The position numbers were made by a program, and so were the translations under genes. 64,000 bases of DNA, taken from the NCBI GenBank assembly GCA_045863235.1, contig BTUM01000033.1:1-64000 (forward strand), written 5' to 3'. Below the pieces are notes generated by a model that saw only the letters and a list, made by a program, of their open reading frames with translations, was not told the DNA's origin and did not search any database. Position 1 is the first letter of the stretch, and every line of letters starts with the position of its first letter. The DNA is from Candidatus Xenobia bacterium (lineage in GTDB: Bacteria; Vulcanimicrobiota; Xenobia; Xenobiales; QWHO01). Of the stretch, positions 58,331 to 64,000 are shown one piece after another.

Positions 58331-60019
58331 TCAGTCGCTGAGTGGTCGCAGCCGACGCCGATCACGATAAGGGCGGATCGTGGCCGTGTGACCGCTCTGA
58401 ATCTGCTGTTGCACCTCGCGCCAGAAGGCGGGCCGGAACAGAGCGTCGTGGTGAGCCACGAAAACCTCGCGATAGAGCCCCTGCAAGCCCAGGTAGCGGC
58501 GGAACTCCTCGGGGAACGTGTCGTGCGGGCCGACATAACTTGACTGGGTGCCGTACTCGTCGGTGTCGGGCAACTCGCGGATATGGCAGTCGGTCACCAG
58601 GCAGATCTCATCGTAATCATAGAACACCACCCGCCCGTTGCGGGTCACACCGAAGTTCTTCAAGAGCAGATCTCCGGGGAAGATGTTGGCCCGAGCCAAG
58701 TCCTTGATGCAGGAGCCGTAGTCTCGCACGGCATCGATGACGCTCTCGACGCTCTCCTCTTTCACGAAAAGGTTCAGGGGCGTGACCTTGCGTTCTGCGT
58801 AAAGGTGCTTCACGGTCACCCGATCGCCCTCCACCACCACGGTCTGAGCCGCCACAGAGAGCAACTCCTCGAGACACTCCTCGGTAAACCGGCTCTTCTC
58901 GAATTCCAGAAACACGAATTCGTGTGCGTCCACCATGCGCCCCACCTTGTCGTGATGAAAGACCAGTTCGTAGCTCTGCAGCACCTGGGCCCGGGTGGTG
59001 GTCTTGGGGTAAGCGAAGCGATCCTTGATCAGCTTGAACACGACGTCGAAAGTGGGCAGAGTAAAGACGGTCATGACCATCCCCTTCTCTCCCCGAGCCA
59101 GCTCGAAACGCTCGTCGCTCGTTTCCAGGTGCTGGAGGAGGTCGCGGTAGAGAAGCGTCTTGCCGTGCTTGTTGTAGCCCAGCGAGGTGTAGAGCTCGCT
59201 TTTCCGCTTGAGGGGCATGACCGACTTGAGAAACAGCACCAGCGCCCCCGGCGTGCTGGTCTCGACCTGAAAGTGGGAGCGGGTGAAACTGAAGATGATA
59301 CTCACCTCGGAAGGAACCGTGATGAGCGCGTCCACGGCCAGCTCTCCTTCGCGATTGGTCAGAACCAACACCAGGGGCAAGAGCTGGGAACCGGCCACGA
59401 TGCGGCCCACCAGGTAGGCCCCCTTGTCTCGAAAAAACGGCGCGGGAAGCATCTCGACCGACTCCCATGAGCCTGGAAGCTGCTTTCTCAACTGGCCGGC
59501 GGCCAGCCGGCAATCATACTCCGGATGCCGGAAGCGCAAGCCCAGCTGATACCCGTCCAGAATGGCCCGGATCAGCTCGATGTCGTCGAGATCTCGGTAA
59601 GTCTTGACCCCGGGAATGTCATCATCGACGGCCGGCTCCTCCGAGGCCACGAACATGACCTCGGGGTCCACGCTGGCCTGATGGAAGAAGCGGCGAACGA
59701 GGGAGTTGTAGAAGGTCTCCTTCAGCTCAGGGTCGCTCGAGCCGGCGCACTCCTGGCGGTAGATCGCTTTGAGCTCGATCCAGAGAGCTTTGTAGCGCAC
59801 GGCCGTTCCGGCATCTTCTTCCAGGTGGTCCTGCAGGGAATCGATATGGTGAGCGTAGAGCTCGAGCCGCTCGCTGGAGTCGGCCAGGGCTCCGGCCCAG
59901 TCACACTCGGCGAATCGCCCGCGAGCGCGCCGAGTGATCTCCTGAAAGCGCTGATCGTAGACTTGGAACTCGTGCAGGATGCGCTGAGCGCACTGGCGGG
60001 CCAGGACGGCAGTGGTCAC
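58331..60019 (-). CDS. aceK: Isocitrate dehydrogenase kinase/phosphatase
   Basis: ETFYNS, FSFTRS, GYNKHGKT, GEKGMVM.VF, FPGDLLLKNFGVT, FYDYDEI. Confidence 0.96.
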   Translation of the reverse strand: MTTAVLARQCAQRILHEFQVYDQRFQEITRRARGRFAECDWAGALADSSERLELYAHHIDSLQDHLEEDAGTAVRYKALWIELKAIYRQECAGSSDPELKETFYNSLVRRFFHQASVDPEVMFVASEEPAVDDDIPGVKTYRDLDDIELIRAILDGYQLGLRFRHPEYDCRLAAGQLRKQLPGSWESVEMLPAPFFRDKGAYLVGRIVAGSQLLPLVLVLTNREGELAVDALITVPSEVSIIFSFTRSHFQVETSTPGALVLFLKSVMPLKRKSELYTSLGYNKHGKTLLYRDLLQHLETSDERFELARGEKGMVMTVFTLPTFDVVFKLIKDRFAYPKTTTRAQVLQSYELVFHHDKVGRMVDAHEFVFLEFEKSRFTEECLEELLSVAAQTVVVEGDRVTVKHLYAERKVTPLNLFVKEESVESVIDAVRDYGSCIKDLARANIFPGDLLLKNFGVTRNGRVVFYDYDEICLVTDCHIRELPDTDEYGTQSSYVGPHDTFPEEFRRYLGLQGLYREVFVAHHDALFRPAFWREVQQQIQSGHTATIRPYRDRRRLRPLSD

Positions 60020-60093
60020 AGCTGCCTGTTTGCGGGAGGCCTGTTAACATCCTGTCTCTGCCACCAGATGCTCATCCGGTCTAGAATCCAGCC

Positions 60094-60666
60094 ATGAGAA
60101 CCATGCTTTTGTGGCTCTGCCTGGCGCTTCCCAGCCTGGCCCAGAGTGCTCTTTACGTCAACTTTACCCACAGCCGGGTGGAAGGGGGGGCTCCCCTGGA
60201 GGGGATGGTGGCCAGCAACGCCCCGGCCCCGCCGGAGGGCCTGATGGTGGAGCTTGCGGCCGAGCCGGGAGTGAATCTTCCCGAGCGGGTGTTCATCGAG
60301 CCGGGTCGTAAACTGACCCGATTTCCCATCGAAACCATGGCGGTCGGGCGCAGCCAGTCCGTCCGCATCGTGGCCCGGGTGGGCTCGATTACGGGAGCCA
60401 ACACCCTGCATCTCACTCCGATCGGAGTCGAGCTGGTCCGTAACAAGCCCACCGGCCTGACCCTGTTTCAGCAGCAGATCCAGCCTGGCTACGAGTATCA
60501 ATATTATGATGACTTCGGGTCGCCCACTTTCTCAATCCCTTGCCCTGGCAAGGTGCTCGACTGCCCGCGCCCGACGACTCCAGCCGGGGTGATCGACCAC
60601 CGACCCTGCCCGCCCATCAGGATGGACAGTCAGGGCTTTCCGGTCAACAATCCGATCCTGCGCTGA
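60094..60666 (+). CDS. Secreted hypothetical protein with Ig-like domain
   Basis: Signal peptide; VEGG..G.V..PAPPEGL.V.L beta-rich segment. Confidence 0.65.
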   Translation: MRTMLLWLCLALPSLAQSALYVNFTHSRVEGGAPLEGMVASNAPAPPEGLMVELAAEPGVNLPERVFIEPGRKLTRFPIETMAVGRSQSVRIVARVGSITGANTLHLTPIGVELVRNKPTGLTLFQQQIQPGYEYQYYDDFGSPTFSIPCPGKVLDCPRPTTPAGVIDHRPCPPIRMDSQGFPVNNPILR

Positions 60667-60744
60667 CACGAGGATTCCGCCCACAACCCACGAACGGCCC
60701 CAGGAATCTGTCCAAGGAGGGCCGTCGTCCTGGGTATCCCCAAC

Positions 60745-61809
60745 TTGCAACAACTGGTGACCGAAATGGTTCGCCTGAAAGGCTCCGACCTGCACATTTC
60801 GGCTCTGCAGCTACCCATCATTCGCCTCGAGGGGTTGCTGCACCGACTTCCCTATGAGGTCCTGGAGCCTGACGACACGGCCGCCATCATCACTCCCCAC
60901 CTCAATGAGAACCAGCTGCGCGAGCTCGGAGCCAAGCAGTCGGTCGACCTCATCCTGGAGATGGCCACGGAGTATGGCGAGCATCGCTTGCGCGTCAATG
61001 TCTTCGTGCAATCCTACGGGCTGGATGCGGTGTTGCGATTGATCCCGGACACCCCTCCCGATATCGAAACGCTGGGGTTGCCCAAAGGCATCGAGGAGCT
61101 GGTCTTCCACCGTCAGGGCATCGTGCTCGTGACCGGACCGAGCGGTTGCGGCAAGACCACCACCCTGGCCGCCATCATCAACCATCTCAACAAGAACCGT
61201 GCCCGCCACGTAGTGACCCTGGAAGATCCGATCGAGTATCTGCACCAGCCCATCAAGTCCATTGTCAGCCAGCGCCAGGTGGGCACTCACACCGAAAGCT
61301 TCCAGTCCGGCTTGCGCTCGGCCCTGCGCGACGCGCCCGACGTGATTCTGGTGGGTGAGCTTCGCGACCTGGAGACCTTCTCGATGGCCATGACGGCCGC
61401 CGAGACCGGCCACGTGGTGCTGGCCACGCTGCACACCTCCAACGCTTCCAGCACCATTGAACGTGTCATCGGCAGCTTCCCGCCCGGGCAGCAGGGCCTG
61501 ATCCGCGTGATGCTGGCCGACTCGCTCAAGGGCATCATCAGCCAGTATCTCCTGCCGCGAGCCCAGGGCAAGGGTCGAGTGGTGGCCGCCGAGGTCATGT
61601 ACTGCACCCCGGCCATCTCCAACCTGATCCGTGAGGCGCGCACCTTCCAGATTCCGGGCACCATCGAAACCAGCAAGGCACTGGGCATGCAGCTGATGGA
61701 CGCTTCCTTGCTCGATTTGCTGCAAGCCGGCGAGATCTCGGCCCGAACGGCCTATACCAAAGCCAATAACAAGTCCCGATTCGAGGACTTTCTGGAGTGG
61801 ACAGCGTGA
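60745..61809 (+). CDS. pilT: Type IV pilus retraction ATPase
   Basis: GSDLHI, GPSGCGKTTT, EDPIE, PDVILVGELRD, TGH, TLH, AISNLIRE; start uncertain (possible CTG at 60730 after AAGGAGG). Confidence 0.93.
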   Translation: MQQLVTEMVRLKGSDLHISALQLPIIRLEGLLHRLPYEVLEPDDTAAIITPHLNENQLRELGAKQSVDLILEMATEYGEHRLRVNVFVQSYGLDAVLRLIPDTPPDIETLGLPKGIEELVFHRQGIVLVTGPSGCGKTTTLAAIINHLNKNRARHVVTLEDPIEYLHQPIKSIVSQRQVGTHTESFQSGLRSALRDAPDVILVGELRDLETFSMAMTAAETGHVVLATLHTSNASSTIERVIGSFPPGQQGLIRVMLADSLKGIISQYLLPRAQGKGRVVAAEVMYCTPAISNLIREARTFQIPGTIETSKALGMQLMDASLLDLLQAGEISARTAYTKANNKSRFEDFLEWTA

Positions 61810-63275
61810 GCGATCAAAACAACCCCGACGTCTCCCCCGACCGGCCCAAGCCGAAGGCGCCCTCGCCGCACTTTGCCAATTTTCTGGACTCGTTGACGCC
61901 TGGTGGAGGCAAGGCTCCCCCCGCGCCGGCGGCCGCGCCCCCTCCCCCGGCAGCGGCCGCCCCTCCGGCGGAAGCACCGCCTGCGCCTGCGGTGGCCCCT
62001 CCGGCGGCGGTCGCTCCTCCGGCAGCCGTCGCCCCCCCGTCGGCAGCGCCGCCGGCGGCGGTTCCGGCTCGCCTGGAGATGGCTCCGAGGAGCGCAGCTG
62101 CAGCAGTGCCTCCTCCCCCGCCTCCCAAGCCGGCTGCTGCGCCGGTGCCCAGCGCCCCCTCCAAGTCAGGGCTGGTCAAATCCAAGGTCCAGAAGTCGAT
62201 GCCAGCGCTGCTCAGCCTGCTCGAGGAGATGCTGGAGCGAAAGTCCTCCGACATCTACCTCTGCTCGGGCCTGATTCCCCGTTTTCGCGTCTATGGCGAC
62301 GTGGTGCCCGGCACCGGTCCGCCCACCGACATGCAGTTCATGCGCGAGCTGGTCTCGCACATGCTCAACGAGGAGAGCGAGGCGCGCTTTTATGCCGAGG
62401 GCGACTTCGACCTGGCCCACGCCGAGCCGGGCCTGGACGCTCGCTTCCGCGTCAACCTCTACAAGCAGCGCTACGGGGTGGGAGCCGTCTTCCGTCACAT
62501 CCCCACCCACATTCCGCGTCTGGACGACCTGTTGCTGCCTCCCGCCGTGCACGAGTTCCTGGACATCGGCCAGGGCCTGATCATCGTCACCGGGCCCACC
62601 GGCAACGGCAAGACCACCACGCTCGCCGCCCTGATGACGGCTCTGGCCAACGCCAAGCCGCTTCACATCATGACCATCGAGAATCCGATCGAGTTCGTGC
62701 TCAAGTCGGACGTCTCCAAGATCGTGCAGCGCGAAGTCGGCACCCACACGCCCGAGTTCGACCAGGCCCTCAAAGACGCCATGCGTGAAGACATCGACGT
62801 CTTGATGGTAGGCGAGCTGCGCGACCTGGAAACCATCGCGCAGGCCCTGAAGGCAGCGGAAATGGGACTGCTGGTCTTCGCCACCCTGCACACTCCCAAC
62901 GCCCCCAAGGCCATCAGCCGTATCATCGACGTGTTCCCGGGCGAAGAGCAAGACCAGGTGCGCACCCAGCTTTCCGACAACCTGCGGGCCGTACTGGCCC
63001 AGCAGCTTGTGCTCAAGGCCGAGGGGCCGGGGCGACTGGCCTGCGGCGAGCTGATGCTGGCCTCACCCAGCCTCTCCTACCTGATTCGCGAAGGCAAGAC
63101 CAACCAGATCCACAGCTCGATCCAGACCGGCCGCGAGCAGGGAATGGTCACCATGGACCAGTCCCTCATCACCCACTACCTCGAGGGGCGCATCTCCCTG
63201 GACGAGCTGTTCGACAAGTGCCACCGGCGCGACGAAGTGATCGCCCAGGGCATCCAGCCTCCTCCCGGCAAGTAG
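61806..63275 (+). CDS. Second PilT/PilU family ATPase with Pro/Ala-rich N-terminal extension
   Basis: GPTGNGKTTT, ENPIE, VGELRD, TLH, SLSYLIRE. Confidence 0.9.
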   Translation: MSDQNNPDVSPDRPKPKAPSPHFANFLDSLTPGGGKAPPAPAAAPPPPAAAAPPAEAPPAPAVAPPAAVAPPAAVAPPSAAPPAAVPARLEMAPRSAAAAVPPPPPPKPAAAPVPSAPSKSGLVKSKVQKSMPALLSLLEEMLERKSSDIYLCSGLIPRFRVYGDVVPGTGPPTDMQFMRELVSHMLNEESEARFYAEGDFDLAHAEPGLDARFRVNLYKQRYGVGAVFRHIPTHIPRLDDLLLPPAVHEFLDIGQGLIIVTGPTGNGKTTTLAALMTALANAKPLHIMTIENPIEFVLKSDVSKIVQREVGTHTPEFDQALKDAMREDIDVLMVGELRDLETIAQALKAAEMGLLVFATLHTPNAPKAISRIIDVFPGEEQDQVRTQLSDNLRAVLAQQLVLKAEGPGRLACGELMLASPSLSYLIREGKTNQIHSSIQTGREQGMVTMDQSLITHYLEGRISLDELFDKCHRRDEVIAQGIQPPPGK

Positions 63276-63368
63276 CCCGGTTTTTGGCCCCATTCTGCGG
63301 TTAGGGAACGCCCTCCCTCTCCCGGGTGGTCAGCCTGCCATTTGGCTGCTACCCTGAAGGGGCAGGGT

Positions 63369-64000
63369 ATGCCAAAGTACAGTTACAAAGCGGTCGACTC
63401 GCGAGGTAGCGTGAAATCGGGGGTCCTGGAGGCCGCCGACCGGGCTCAAGCAGAGCGAGACCTGGTCTCCTCCGAGCTCAAGATCCAACATCTGGAGATG
63501 ATGCGCGACTCCAAGTCCGGCCAATCGCTGGAAACCCAACAGATGAGGCGTCCCGAGGGGCTAACCAGACCTAATCCCACCGCCAAGACCAGGCCCGAGC
63601 CACCCTCAGGCGCCATGCCTCGAACCGAGCCCGCCACACCTCGACCCGAGCCGCCTGCCCAGGCCCCGGCCAGGAGCAAGAGCGAGACTCCCTCCGGCGT
63701 CACCCAGCGCCCTCGGACAGAAGCTCCTCCCTCGGGAGAGACCCCTCGCCCCGGGCGACAGGGCACCAACCTGTCGCCCACCGCGCCAGCCCGCCCGGTG
63801 GGCAGTCCTGCCAACACCCTGGCCCCTCCGACATCCCGGCCGGCCGAGCCGGCAGCAGGCTCCCTGGCTCCACCCGCCGCTCCAGCTCGGGCTCTCGAGC
63901 CCGCTCCCCCGGCAGAGGCTCCCCCGCCGCCCCACGAGGTCCAGCTGGCTCGACCCTTGCTGGCTCTGGCCATGTGCGCTCTGCTGCTGGTCTATCTTGG
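63369..64000 (+). CDS. Partial ORF: PilC-N-terminal-like domain, Pro-rich linker, TM helix (runs off the window)
   Basis: MPKYSYKAVDSRGSVKSGVLEAADRAQAERDL...PLLALAMCALLLVYL; open to the window end. Confidence 0.75.
   Translation, partial: MPKYSYKAVDSRGSVKSGVLEAADRAQAERDLVSSELKIQHLEMMRDSKSGQSLETQQMRRPEGLTRPNPTAKTRPEPPSGAMPRTEPATPRPEPPAQAPARSKSETPSGVTQRPRTEAPPSGETPRPGRQGTNLSPTAPARPVGSPANTLAPPTSRPAEPAAGSLAPPAAPARALEPAPPAEAPPPPHEVQLARPLLALAMCALLLVYL

Overview
High-GC bacterial chromosomal window with no CRISPR array, rRNA, intact tRNA or intact mobile element. The lineage is uncertain; the style of the hypothetical proteins suggests Ca. Eremiobacterota/Vulcanimicrobiota (inference only). Recognisable blocks, left to right: a decayed island edge (tRNA-Thr-like 3' fragment, dnaB-like pseudogene, immunity-like ORF); a spermidine-synthase/TPR fusion; a TPM+Tim44 pair; FBP aldolase/phosphatase divergent from a beta-carbonic anhydrase; an OprO/P-like porin; a full cbb3 oxidase locus (ccoNOQP-GHIS, dsbD_2, usp) plus two CBS genes; a Crp-dsrE2-tusA-sqr-RND-TolC sulfur module; a toxin-antitoxin patch (mazF remnant, Uma2, vapBC); a second RND system; a GGDEF-EAL protein; a minor-pilin/PilC locus; a HK and REC-BTAD pair; an APC permease; aceK; and tandem pilT genes. 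The most interesting signals are: (1) a dispersed set of signal-peptide-less proteins with shared N- and C-terminal tags, including HrpF/NopX-like and harpin-like members; (2) a Tat-exported microviridin-precursor-like peptide; (3) tandem NrdR-like boxes inside the pilin locus; (4) an Fnr-like regulon with matching class II promoter geometry that feeds a second Crp-family regulator of the sulfur operon; (5) recurrent leaderless promoters. All family assignments come from motif recognition by eye, not database searches.
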